Shown here one piece after another: positions 1-14,100 of a DNA stretch of 64,000 nucleotides. Location of the stretch: positions 1,914,699-1,978,698 of the forward strand of contig CM082581.2 in NCBI GenBank assembly GCA_040954595.2, given 5' to 3'. The DNA is from Balanoglossus misakiensis (Eukaryota > Animalia > Hemichordata). Under the pieces are notes generated by a model. The model worked only from the letters and a program-made list of their open reading frames with translations, was not told the origin of the DNA and made no database searches. The first letter of the stretch is position 1; every line of letters starts with the position of its first letter. The translations under genes were made by a program, and so were the position numbers.

Positions 1-1820
1 CCCTGATGCAAAGAATCAGATTCAATGTCATCATTGCATTAGCAATGTCAAAGTACAGTGCTTTTCGACACGTATTAACCCACAGATTTTTCAACAACCT
101 GAAATCCCCATATGCATTTAATACCCATGACAAAGTGAAGTGTTTGCATTACTATCTACCCTGATGCATCATAAAGCTTGCTACGCCATTTACCCTGATG
201 CAAACAATCAGATTCAATGTCATCGTTGCATTAGCAATGTCAAAGTACAGTGCTTTTGGACACGTATTAACCCACAGATTTTTCAACAACCTGAAATCCC
301 CATATACATTTAATACCCATGTCAAAGTGAAGTGTTTGCATTACTATCTACCCTGATGCATCATAAAGCTTGCTACGCCATTTACCCTGATGCAAAGAAT
401 CATATTCAATGTCATCGTTGCATTAGCAATGTCAAAGTACAGTGCTTTTGGACACGTATTAACCCACAGATTTTTCAACAACCTGAAATCCCCATATGCA
501 TTTAATACCCATGTCAAAGTGAAGTGTTTGCATTACTATCTACCCTGATGCATCATAAAGCTTGCTACGCCATATACCCTGATGCAAAGAATCAGATTCA
601 ATGTCATCGTTGCATTAGCAATGTCAAATTACAGTGCTTTTGGACACGTATTAAACCAGGGATTTATCATCAACTTGAAATCCCCATATGCATTTAATAC
701 CAATGTCAAAGTGAAGTGATTGCATCACTATCTACCCTGATGCATCATCAACCTTGCTTCGCCATTTGCCCTGATGCAAAGAATCAGATTCAATGTCATC
801 GTTGCATTAGCAATGTCAAATTAGAGTGCTTTTGGCCACGTATTAACCTATGGATTTACAGTTAACATTAAATACCCATGTGAAAGTGCAGAGTTTGCAT
901 CACCATCTACTCTGATGCATCATTGAGCTTGCTTCGCCATTTGCCCTAATGCAAAGAATCCCATTCAATGTCACCATTGCATATGCAATGTCAAAGTACA
1001 GTGCTTTCCGCCACGTATTAACCCAGGGATTTACAGACAACTTTAAATCCCCCCTGTAGGCATTTTATACCCATGTCAAAGTGCAGAGCGTGCATCACTA
1101 TCTACCCTGATGCATCATCAACCTTGCTTCGCCATTTGCCCTGATGCAAAGAATCAGATTCAATGTCATCGTTGCATTAGCAATGTCAAATTAGAGTGCT
1201 TTTGGCCACGTATTAACCTATGGATTTACATTTAACATTAAATACCCATGTGAAAGTGCAGAGTTTGCATCACCATCTACTCTGATGCATCATTGAGCTT
1301 GCTTCGCAATTTACCCTGATGCAAAGAATCTGATTCAATGTCATCGTTGCATTAGCAATGTCAAAGTACAGTGCTTTTGGACACGTATTAACCCAGGGAT
1401 TTATCATCAACTTGAAATCCCCATATGCATTTAATACCCATGTCAAAGTGAAGTGATTGCATCACTATCTACCCTGATGCATCATCAACCTTGCTTCGCC
1501 ATTTGCCCTGATGCAAAGAATCAGATTCAATGTCATCGTTCCATTAACAATGTCAAAATAGAGTGCTTTTGGCCACGTATTAACCTATGGATTTACATTT
1601 AACATTAAATACCCATGTGAAAGTGCAGAGCTTGCATCACCATCTACTCTGATGCATCATTGAGCTTGCTTCGCCATTTGCCCTAATGCAAAGAATCCCA
1701 TTCAATGTCATCGTTGCATTAGCAATGTCAAAGTACAGTGCTTTCCGCCACGTATTAACCCAGGGATTTACTGACAACTTTAAATCCCCCTATACACATT
1801 TTATACCCATGTCAAAGTGC
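1..1820. repeat. Tandem satellite, 192-bp unit, changing to alternating 175/192-195-bp units
   Basis: Unit start CCCT(G/A)ATGCAAA at 1, 193, 385, 577, 769, 944, 1139, 1314, 1506 and 1681. The array runs off the left edge of the window. Confidence 0.95.
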
Positions 1821-3649
1821 CAGGGTTCGAACCCATGATCCTCTAACCACTGGACTATGACTATGTGACAGAATGACCTTTCTGTATGGTGCCTTGTTTA
1901 GCTCCTAGTCAGATTTCAAGAAAATGTGGAAAAGTGCAAATTAGTCTCTTTGAATTTCCAACAACTCAGTTTGTCAGCTCCCATATCCCAGTTCTCTGAC
2001 CAGTTCCCGTTCTTCTTAAATGTCACAATACTGATCACAAGACATGCAGTTGTACACTTTGCGGAAAACATTATGAATATATGCAGATAAGAAAAGACTT
2101 ACTTGTGGGCAATTTAAACACAACATTTTGAGTAAAGTGGGTAAAATAGGATTAAAGTTGGTTTATAAAGGCATATCGAAAAGAATCTACTTCAATTTGT
2201 TCATTTCTGAAATTTGAGAATATGAATATGCATGTTTTATTTGCCATATATGAACACCAATGAAAAGTTATGTTTCCAGCTTAGGTATTGGTGGATTTGA
2301 ACCACCTGACATCAGAAGACGCCTCCAGAATACCTCTAATTTGGTTGCATAATTTTCATGTGAATGTTCATAATATAGCGATTGATTAATCCCTAATTTT
2401 TTATTTTTATTTTTTTTTTGGGGGGGGGGGGGGGGGGGCTGGAGGGGGGTGGAGGTTCAAGTAGTAAATCTTGCAGGCCAATTTGAAACAATGTGTCATG
2501 TAGTTAACCTGAAAGAAATTAACACAAATAGTTTCTGCTCTTTTTGAAACAAGGTGTCATGTGGTTGAACTGTGACAATGGGCCAGTCAAAATAGCATCT
2601 GCAAATTATGCACACAATAGAGTGATGGGTTAGTGGGTTAAGTTTACTTTTACCTTAGCATTATATAACACACTATCGTGTACATAATCTCGCAGAGCTC
2701 TATCATAATTGTTTTCAAATAAAGCAAGATAACTACTTGTATGATTACATATCTAATTTACGCGCCTAAAGGGCAGTTAAAAACCTCAGACCAGTTACAA
2801 AAGAGGAAAAAAAACTGTCCTCTCCTCCTCTCACCCCATGATCTAAGCTAAATTTGGAATTTGGATGGGGTGGGGAGGTTTAGCTAACCTAACATGTTCT
2901 GCCTGTCTGTCGCGTACAATGTGTCCATGCGCGAATACGATCACGGGTACCGTTGCGAGAAATTCCACCGAATAACGATGCTGACGAGTATTATCTATCT
3001 GAGAAATAATAGCATGTTATTCATAAAACATACACATTAACCAATTAATGAACCAACATGATTATTAGACCCTGGACACTTATTTAATGTTATATCATTA
3101 TTATACCTCTGTCATCATCATCAATATTAACACCCTTGTATACTTAATATCACCATAAGCCATCACCGCAATTATTAATCGTTATTATACCCTTCCATGA
3201 TTGTTACCTTTATTAAACCCGACACAGTTATCACCATTTATTATACCCTTCTCATTCATATACCCATTATAACCTGTGTACACAAGTCATCATCATATTA
3301 TAAACCCATTATTATACCTTTTATACCAGTCACATTTGTTACCCTATTATCATTCCCTTCATCCAAAAAACCACTGTTACCCCTGTATAACCTGTGTACA
3401 CTCAAATTTTACCATAAGCCATCATCACATTTGTAACCCTTTTATTAAACCATTCATATTTGTTCGCCTTTATTATACCATACACATTTATGAACCTATT
3501 ATCATACCCTGCACAAAGCCATTGCTGTTAACCTCATTTTAGCATAAGTAATCACTACCAATTATTAACCTGATTTATTGGACTATTAAGTTTTATATTA
3601 CGATCACTTCGTTTTGTACTCCTATATAACTCTACCTCATAATTTCGGT

Positions 3650-4280
3650 CAATAGGTTTATTATGTTGAAACTCCACTTCTCCATCCTTCCACATCTCCA
3701 TCCTTTAAGTTGACGCTCCACGGCACCATCCATCCACCAAAGTTTATATTTCAGCAGGTTGACTATGGTTGACGCCCCGCACCATCCATCCATCAAAGTT
3801 TAATATTAGTAGGTTGACTATGGTTGACACTCCGCTCCATCCATCCATCCATCAAATTTTACGTTAGTAGGTTGATTATGGTGTTACCAGTGAGCCCTAC
3901 AGGAAAAAAAAGAGAAAAAAGAGAAAAAAACTCTTCTTCTCCATCCTTCCACTTCTCCATCGTTTAAGTTGACGCTCCATGGCACTATCCATCCATCAAA
4001 GTTTATATTTCAGCAGGTTGACTATGGTTGACGCTCCGCCCCATCCATCCATCAAAGTTTATATTTAGTAGGTTGACTATGGTTGACGCTCCGTTCCATC
4101 CATCCATCAAAGTTTAATATTAGTAGGTTGACTATGGTTGACGCTCCGCTCCATCCATCCATCAAAGTTTATATTAGTAGGTTGACTATGGTTGACACTC
4201 CGCTCCACCCATCCATCAAATTTTACGTTAGTAGGTTGATTATGGTGTTACCATTGGGGCCTACAGGGAAAAAAAGAAGA
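3650..4280. repeat. 54-55-bp minisatellite (AGGTTGACTATGGTTGAC...CATCCATCCATCAAAG), with the block itself duplicated
   Basis: Unit starts at 4070, 4125 and 4179. The 3676-3930 block recurs from about 3935. ORF 4083-4493 is only a translation of this repeat. Confidence 0.9.
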
Positions 4281-7200
4281 GAAGAGAGAAAAAAGAAAGA
4301 AAGAAAGGAAGAGAGAGAGAAGAAGAAGAGTACCGGTGGGACCTACAGAAGAAAAAAGAATGAAAGAATTAAATACATGAAATCAATGATAATTAAAGCT
4401 GCAAGCAGCGTTGGTGGGGCACAAACGGTTCCCATGGTAACCAGCGAATCCCAAAGCTGTATCTGCTGTGGATACCAAGATATGGGAAAGTAGGTCAAAG
4501 GTCACCTGAGTTCACCCAAATTTGGGCGAAACATTTTGACACCATACTTGTCCATGACCAACAAAAACCAAACCTCTAGCCCTATTGGTTAGCCTGGAAT
4601 TAGATATGTGCATAATTACTGAGGTAACATAAAAGACCCCAAAAGGTGTTCAATCCCTCCAAAAGCCAAGGCTCTATCCTGTCTGGATGCCGAGATATAG
4701 GGAAGAAGGTCAAAGGTCACCTGAGGTCACCAAAATTTGAGCAAAATTTTGACACCACATATGTCCTTATACAACAAAAACCAAACATCTAGCCCTGTTG
4801 GTTAGCTTGGAATAAGATATGCACATAATTAATGAGGTATTGTGTAAGACTCTATTAGGTGGTCAATCCCCCCATAGCCAGGGCTGTAACTGCTCTGGAA
4901 GCTGAGATATGGGAAAGTAGGTCAAAGGTCACCCAAAATTTGGGCATAAAAGTTTGACCCCATAGTGGGCCATGTCCAACAAAAACCAGACCTGGAGCCC
5001 TATTGGTTAGCCTGGATTTAGATATGCAGAAAAATGATGTTTCAGAAATAGGTCAAAGGTCATTGCCAAAATATTTGTGTCATGTCCTGACAGCATTGGT
5101 ACCCATGTCCACAAAATTCATGACTGTAGTGCTTTTACAAGAGGAGGTATGGGGAATATGCATATATAATTAGTTGGTTTAAAACTGGGTCAAAGGTCAT
5201 GTGAAAATTGCCCCCCCAAAATTGTGACAAGTTCCGGTCATATGATGACTTATATCCACAAAAATAATTTCCTTGGTGTCAACATTTTGGCTATAGAACG
5301 GAATTTACATTTTTCAATGGTTTTCAGGAAATCCAATATGGCCGCCATAATGATCGACCAATCACAGTGCACTTCGCAAACTTGAAAGACATAGGTTAGG
5401 TGACTGCATACCCCGAATCCCATAACTCGGCGATCACTGCTTCTGGAGAAGAAGATTTTAAAAGTTTTAAGTAGTTTTTCAGAAAAAAAATTGTAGCAAA
5501 AAAACTTTATATTTGACATCATGATTTCAATGGGGTAAAATGATGGACAGAAGGTAGGCTACCTGCACACAAAAATTGAACTCGATTGGCCCAGTAGTTT
5601 TTGAGAAGGAGTCATTTAACGGTTTTCGGAAAATCTAATATGGCCGCCAGGTCACGTGACTAATTAAATATTCACGGCCACTCTAGGTCTACTCATTGGC
5701 CCCTATCACCCTACCAAGTTTCAGCCCTGTAGGTGCTGCGGTTTTCCAGATCTACCTCGCCTGGGTTGTGCCCCTTATGATAGCATTAATGTTGCAAGCC
5801 AGCCCAACCCAACAAACTGAGGGTCAAGGGGTACATATGGTCAATTAATAAAAAAAAATAAGGTGCGACCAACATTGGCTAGGTCTAAGCAGTTCCTATG
5901 GATACCAGAGAGTGCCAATGCTATATCTGCTATGTTTATAGGAAAGTTGATCAAAGGTCACCAAGAGCTCACCCAAAATTGTCAACAAATTTTTCTTCCA
6001 AAATGATCAGTGTAAAATGAAAAACAAGACTTCTGGCTCTATTGGTTAACCTGGTTATTAGGTGTTCCAGCCTTCAAAATTGTAAGACGTTATCTACTGT
6101 GCATGCCAAGGCATGGAAAAATAGGTCCATCAAAAATGTCCAAAACCAAAGCCATCAAAAATGTCAGAAAAAATTTTGATTGCATAGTGGTCTATGTTCA
6201 AGGAAACCCAGACTCAAAGCTTCATTGTCTAGTCTACAATTACGTAAGCACATATTTATAAGATTATCATTGGTCAAGAAATTCAGCAAAAAAATTAAGT
6301 CCAAAAGTAGAGCATGTTCATAAAAAATTCAACCTGTAACAATATGGGTAAGCTCAGCATTAGATATGCACATATTTAATAAGGTCAACATTGGTCCAGT
6401 GGATTCCAAATGTAACAAAAATACCTAAGTCCCATACTTGTCCATATACATCAAAAACCAAACCTCTAGTGCTACTAGTCTTGCCGTAATAAGATATTCA
6501 GAAAAGAATACAGGTGCCAAATGTAGAACGAAGTTCAATGCCAAAATATGTCCTGGCAGCAGTAATGTGACAAAAATCATCACTGTTGTGCTTTTCAACT
6601 AGAGGCACATCCACGAATAATTAAGTTCTGAAAAAAACTAGATCAAAATACATGCGAAAATTGCCAAAAAAAATGCAATGTATTCTGGTCATATGAAGAC
6701 TCGTATCTATAAAAAGAATTGGTGTGCAATCAATGAGTAACCCAGAAAAAGGAAATTTTAGTTTTTAATCAGAATTCAAAATCCAATTTGGCTTCAATAA
6801 GCTTTAATTAAGTTCTGAAAGATCTGGATCAAAGAACAAATGAAAGTTGCCAAAAATTTGTATTATTAGGTGTTGAAAAAGGTTGGATCAAAGGACATGT
6901 GAAAGTTGCCAAAAAATTGTAACATATTCTAGTCGTATGGTGACTCATATCCATTAAAGGAATTTGTATGCAATCAATGCATAGGCTAAAAATAGGAAAA
7001 TTTAGTTCTTAATCGGAGTTTAGAAAATCTAATTTGGCTCCAATGAGATTTAACCAATCAAAATTCACTTGAAAACTTGATTAGATAAAAAAATGACAAT
7101 TATAATGAGATTTTCAAAAATCCAATAAGGCATCAAAAGTCACATGACCACTAATGATATTATTGTCAAACTTTGAACCGGACAGTCAATTAGTAATTTG

Positions 7201-8194
7201 AAAAACAGTTTTGAAAAAATATGTCAACTTGTAGAAATTATCAGAAAATCCAATATGGCCGTCATGAAGAAGACAATTAAACTTACAAGCAGCATTGCAG
7301 GGGCTAAACTGGTTAGCATGGTTTCAAAAGAAAGCAAAGGCTGTATCTGTTGTGGATGCCAAGAAATGGTAAAGTACTTCATTAGGTGTTCCAGTCCTCT
7401 AAATTTGAAACATGCATCTGCTGTACATGCCAGGTTATGGGAACGTAGATCAAAGGTCATTGCCAAAATTATCAAAAAATAAGGTTATGTTCCGGCAGCA
7501 GCAGTACTCATGTAAACAAAATCATGACTGTTTTGCTTTTTAACAAGAATCGTATCCACATACAATTAAGTTCAGAATACACTGGATCAAAGGACATGTG
7601 TAGTTGTCAAAATTTTGTATAATCAAGTTCTGAGAAAACTGGATCAAAAACATGTATTCTGGTCATATGGCGACTCATATCCATACAAAAATTTTATCCA
7701 ATAAGGTTGAACCAATCACAATTCACTTGAAAACTTAAGTAGAAAAAGATTTTTGACATTTTTAATGAGATTTTTCAAAAATCCATAATAAATCCAAAGT
7801 CACATGACCACTAACATTATTATTGAAAAAATTGGAACCGCACAGTAAATTAGAACTTTATTGGCCTTGTAATTTTTGAAAAGAGTCAACTTTTAAAGGT
7901 TATCAGAAAATCCAATATGGCTGCCATGACGAAGACAAAGCTAAAAGCAGCATTGGAGGGACGAATGTGGTTAGCATGGTTCCAACAGAAAGCAAAGGCT
8001 GTATCTGTAGCAGATGCCGAGAAATGGTAAAGTAAGCCAGAGGTCATGCAAAATTGTGCTAACAAAATTTGATATCAAACTGATCAGTGTCCAACAAAAT
8101 CCAGACTTCTAAGCTATATTGGTTAACTTGAAATTGCTTATGTACATAATTATTGTGTTAACGTTTAATACTTCATTAGGTATTCCAGTCCTAA

Positions 8195-11100
8195 AAATTT
8201 GAAGGCTGTATCTGCTGTACATTCCAAGGCATGGGATAGTAGATCAAAGGTCATTGCCAAAGTTATCAAAAGATTTGGGTTATGTCCTGGCAGCAGTAGT
8301 ACTCATGTGAACAAAATCATGACTGTTGTGCTTTTTAACAAGAGGCATATCCACATAAAATTAAGTAGTGAACAAAAATGGATTAGAGATTGTGTGAAAG
8401 TTGCCAAAAAATGTAACGTATTCTAGTCATATGGTGACTCATATCCATAAAAAATAGTTGTGTGCTATCAATTAGTAGGCAAGAAATAGGAAAATGTATT
8501 TGTTAATCGGATTTTAGAAAATTCAATTTGGCTCCAATAAGGTTAAACCAATCACAATTCACTTGAGAACATGATTAGGAAAAATAAATGAGATTTTTTA
8601 ATGAGATTTTCAAAAATCCAATAAGGCATCCAAAGTCACATGACCACTAATGATATTATTGTCAAACTTTGTGAACAGTAAATTAGAACTTGATTCGCCC
8701 TGCAGTTTTGAAGAAAGTCAATTTTTATAGATTATCAGAATATCCTATATGGCAACCATGAAGGAGACAATTAAAGCAACATGCAGCATTGCAGGGGCCA
8801 AAGTGGTTAGCATGGTTCCAACACAAAGCAAAGGCTGTATCTGTTATGGATGCTGAGAAATGGTTAAGTAAGTCAGAGGTCATGCAAAATTGTGCTAACA
8901 AAATTTGATATCACACTGATCCGTATCCAACAAAAAGCCAGACTTCTAACTCTATTGGTTAATTTGAAAAAGCTTATGTACATAAATATTGTGTTAAAGT
9001 TTAAACTTCATTAGGTGTTTAAGTCCTCCAAATTTGAAGAATGTATCTGCTGTGCATGCCAAGTTATGGGGAAGTACATCAAAGGTAATTGCCAAAATTA
9101 TCAAAATATATTTGTTATGTCCTGGCAGCAGTAGTACTAATGTGAACAAAATCATGACTGTTGTGCTTTTAACAAGAGGCATATCCACATAAAATTTAGT
9201 TCTGGAATTACTGTATCAAAGGAGATGCGAGAGTCACCAGCAAATTGAAATATATTCTTGTCATATGGTGACTCATACCCATAAAAATTATTTGTGTGCT
9301 TTCAATGAGTAGGCTAGAAATAGGAAATTTTAGTTTTTAATCGGAGATCAGAAAATCCAATATGGGTCCAATTAGTTTTAACCAATCACAATTTACTTGA
9401 AAACTTGATTAGAAATAGATTTTTGATTTGTTTTATGATATTTTTCAAAAATCCAATTATGCATCCAAAGCCACATGACCACTACTGATACTATTATTGT
9501 CAAACATTGAACCGCACAGTAAATTAGAACTTGATTGGCCCTGTATTTTTTGAAAAAAAATGTCAAGTTTTAAAGGTTATCCGAAAATCCAATATGGCCA
9601 CCATGAAGAAGACAATTAATACTAAAAGCAGCATTGGAGGGACCAAAGCGGTTAGCATGGTTCGAACAGAAAGCAAAGGCTGTATCTGTTATGGATGCTG
9701 AGAAATGGTAAGTAAGCGAGAGGTCACGCAAATTTGGGCCAACAAATTTCGATATCAAACAGAGCTGTGTCCAACAGAAAACAGACTTCTCAGCTCTATT
9801 GGTTAACTTGAAATTGCTTATGTACATAATTATTGTGTTAAAGTTTAATACTTCATTAGGTGTTTCAGTCCTCTAAATATTTTGTTTATTTCCTGGCAGC
9901 AGAAAGCAAAGGCTGCATCTGTTATAGATGCAAAACTCCTGTGAACAAAATCATGACTGGTGTGCTTTTTGACAAGAAGCATATCCACACACAATTAAGT
10001 TCTGGAAAAAATGGATCAAAGGACATTCGAAAATTGCCCAAATATTGTAATATAATCTGGTCATGTGGTGACTCATATCTATTAAAAGAATTTGGGTAGG
10101 CTAGAAATAGGATTTTTTTTAAATCGTGTGTTTAGAAAATCCGATTTGGCTTTAATTAGGATAAACCAATCACAATTCACTTGAAAACGTGATTAGGAAA
10201 AGATTTGTGAAATTTTTCATGAGATTTTTCAAAAATCCAATATGGCAACCAAAGTGACATGACCACTAATGATATTATTGTCAAACATTAAACCGCACAG
10301 TAAATTAGAACTTGATTTGCCTTGTAGTTGTTGAAAAGATGTAAATTTTTAAGTGTTATCATAATATCCAATATGGCCGCCATTAAGAAGAAATGGGATG
10401 GGCCCAAGCAGTTAGCATGGTTCCAACAGAAAGCAAAGGATGTTTTGTTAAAAAAATCATATGAAAACTCATGTGTTCGAAAGAGCATACAGTGTGGTTT
10501 AACCGTGAGCGTCATTGGGCAAAATTTCTTTTTGGATTTTGGCGCTATATAAACTTTTTTGCTTGATTGATTTGATTTGATTTTGTTGTGGATGCAAAGA
10601 AATGGTAAAGTAAGCCAGAGGTCACGCAAAATTGTGACACAAATTTTTGATCTTAAACTGATCAGTGTCAAACAAAAAACCAGATTTCTAAGCTCTATTG
10701 GTTAACTTGAAATAGATTATGTACAAAATTATTGTGTAAAAGTTTAATACTTTATTGGGTGTTGCAGTCCACCAAATTTGAAGGCTGTATCTGCTGTACA
10801 TGCCAAGGCATGGGATAGTAGATCAAAGGTCATTGCCAAAATTATCAAAAGATTTGGGTTATGTCCTGGCAGCAGTAGTACTCATGTGAACAAAATCATG
10901 ACTGTTGTGCTTTTTAACAAGAGGCATATCCACATAAAATAAGTTCTGGAATTACTGGATCAAAGAACATGTGGAAGTAGTCTAATAATTATGATATATT
11001 CTGGTCCTATGGTGACTCGTATCCATAAAAAGAATTTGTGTGGTTTCAATGAGCACGCTAGAAATAGGAAATTTTAGTCTTTTATCGGAGATCAGAAAAT

Positions 11101-14100
11101 CCAATTTGGCTCCAATAAGGTTTACCCAATCACATTTTACTTGAAAACTTGATTAGAAATAAATGTTTTGAAATTTTTTTATTCTATTTTTCAAAAATCC
11201 AAAGCCACATGACCACTAACGATATTATTGTCAAACATTGAACCACACAGTCAATTTGAACTTGATTGGCCCTGTAGTTTTTGAAAAAAATGTCACCTTT
11301 TAAAGGTTAACCGAAAATCCAATATGGCCGCCATGAGCAAGACAATTACAACTAAAAGCAGCATTGGAGGGACCAAAGTGGTTAGCATGGTTCCAACAGA
11401 AAGCAAAGGCTGTATCTGTTATTGATGCTGAGAAATTGTAAGTAAGCCAGAGGTCACGCAAATTTGGGCCAACAAATTTTGATATCAAACTGAGGTGTGT
11501 CCAACAGAAAACAGACTTCTAAGCTCTATTGGTTAACTTGAAATAGCTTATGTACATAGTTATTGTGTTAAAGTTTAATTCTTCATAAGGTGTTCCAGTC
11601 CACCAAATTTGAAGGCTGTATCTGCTGTACATGCCAAGGCATGGGATAGTAGATCAAAGGTCATTGCCAAAATTATCTAAAAGATTTGGGTTATGTCCTG
11701 GCAGCAGTAGTACTCATGTGAACAAAATCATGACTGTTGTGCTTTTTAACAAGAGGCATATCCACATAAAATTAAGTAGTGAACAAAAATGGATTAGAGA
11801 ATGTGTGAAACTTGCCAAAAAATGTAACGTATTCTAGTCATATGGTGACTCGTATCCATAAAAAATAGTTGTGTGCTATCAATTAGTAGGCAAGAAATAG
11901 GAAAATGTATTTGTTAATCGGATTTTAGAAAATTCAATTTGGCTCCAATAAGGTTAAACCAATCACAATTCACTTGAGAACATGATTAGGAAAAATAAAT
12001 GAGATTTTTTAATGAGATTTTCAAAAATCCAATAAGGCATCCAAAGTCACATGACCACTAATGATATTATTGTCAAACTTTGTGAACAGTAAATTAGAAC
12101 TTGATTCGCCCTGCAGTTTTGAAGAAAGTCAACTTTTATAGATTATCAGAATATCCTATATGGCAACCATGAAGGAGACAATTAAAGCAACATGCAGCAT
12201 TGCAGGGGCTTAAGTGGTTAGCATGGTTCCAACACAAAGCAAAGGCTGTATCTGTTATGGATGCTGAGAAATGGTTAAGTAAGTCAGAGGTCATGCAAAA
12301 TTGTGCTAACAAAATTTGATATCACACTGATCCGTATCCAACAAAAAGCCAGACTTCTAACTCTATTGGTTAATTTGAAAAAGCTTATGTACATAAATAT
12401 TGTGTTAAAGTTTAAACTTCATTAGGTGTTTAAGTCCTCCAAATTTGAAGAATGTATCTGCTGTGCATGCCAAGTTATGGGGAAGTACATCAAAGGTAAT
12501 TGCCAAAATTATCAAAATATATTTGTTTTGTCCTGGCAGCAGTAGTACTAATGTGAACAAAATCATGACTGTTGTGCTTTTAACAAGAGGCATATCCACA
12601 TAAAATTTAGTTCTGGAATTACTGTATCAAAGGAGATGCGAGAGTCACCAGCAAATTGAAATATATTCTTGTCATATGGTGACTCGTATCCATAAAAATT
12701 ATTTGTGTGCTTTCAATGAGTAGGCTAGAAATAGGAAATTTTAGTTTTTAATCGGAGATCAGAAAATCCAATATGGGTCCAATTAGTTTTAACCAATCAC
12801 AATTTACTTGAAAACTTGATTAGAAATAGATTTTTGATTTGTTTTATGATATTTTTCAAAAATCCAATTATGCATCCAAAGCCACATGACCACTACTGAT
12901 ACTATTATTGTCAAACATTGAACCGCACAGTAAATTAGAACTTGATTGGCCCTGTATTTTTTGAAAAAAAATGTCAAGTTTTAAAGGTTATCCGAAAATC
13001 CAATATGGCCACCATGAAGAAGACAATTAATACTAAAAGCAGCATTGGAGGGACCAAAGCGGTTAGCATGGTTCGAACAGAAAGCAAAGGCTGTATCTGT
13101 TATGGATGCTGAGAAATGGTAAGTAAGCGAGAGGTCACGCAAATTTGGGCCAACAAATTTCGATATCAAACTGAGCTGTGTCCAACAGAAAACAGACTTC
13201 TCAGCTCTATTGGTTAACTTGAAATTGCTTATGTACATAATTATTGTGTTAAAGTTTAATACTTCATTAGGTGTTTCAGTCCTCTAAATATTTTGTTTAT
13301 TTCCTGGCAGCAGAAAGCAAAGGCTGCATCTGTTATAGATGCAAAACTCCTGTGAACAAAATCATGACTGGTGTGCTTTTTGACAAGAAGCATATCCACA
13401 CACAATTAAGTTCTGGAAAAAATGGATCAAAGGACATTCGAAAATTGCCCAAAAATTGTAATATAATCTGGTCATGTGGTGACTCATATCTATTAAAAGA
13501 ATTTGGGTAGGCTAGAAATAGGATTTTTTTTAAATCGTGTGTTTAGAAAATCCGATTTGGCTTTAATTAGGATAAACCAATCACAATTCACTTGAAAACG
13601 TGATTAGGAAAAGATTTGTGAAATTTTTCATGAGATTTTTCAAAAATCCAATATGGCAACCAAAGTGACATGACCACTAATGATATTATTGTCAAACATT
13701 AAACCGCACAGTAAATTAGAACTTGATTTGCCTTGTAGTTGTTGAAAAGATGTAAATTTTTAAGTGTTATCATAATATCCAATATGGCCGCCATTAAGAA
13801 GAAATGGGATGGGCCCAAGCAGTTAGCATGGTTCCAACAGAAAGCAAAGGATGTTTTGTTAAAAAAATCATATGAAAACTCATGTGTTCGAAAGAGCATA
13901 CAGTGTGGTTTAACCGTGAGCGTCATTGGGCAAAATTTCTTTTTGGATTTTGGCGCTATATAAACTTTTTTGCTTGATTGATTTGATTTGATTTTGTTGT
14001 GGATGCAAAGAAATGGTAAAGTAAGCCAGAGGTCACGCAAAATTGTGACACAAATTTTTGATCTTAAACTGATCAGTGTCAAACAAAAAACCAGATTTCT

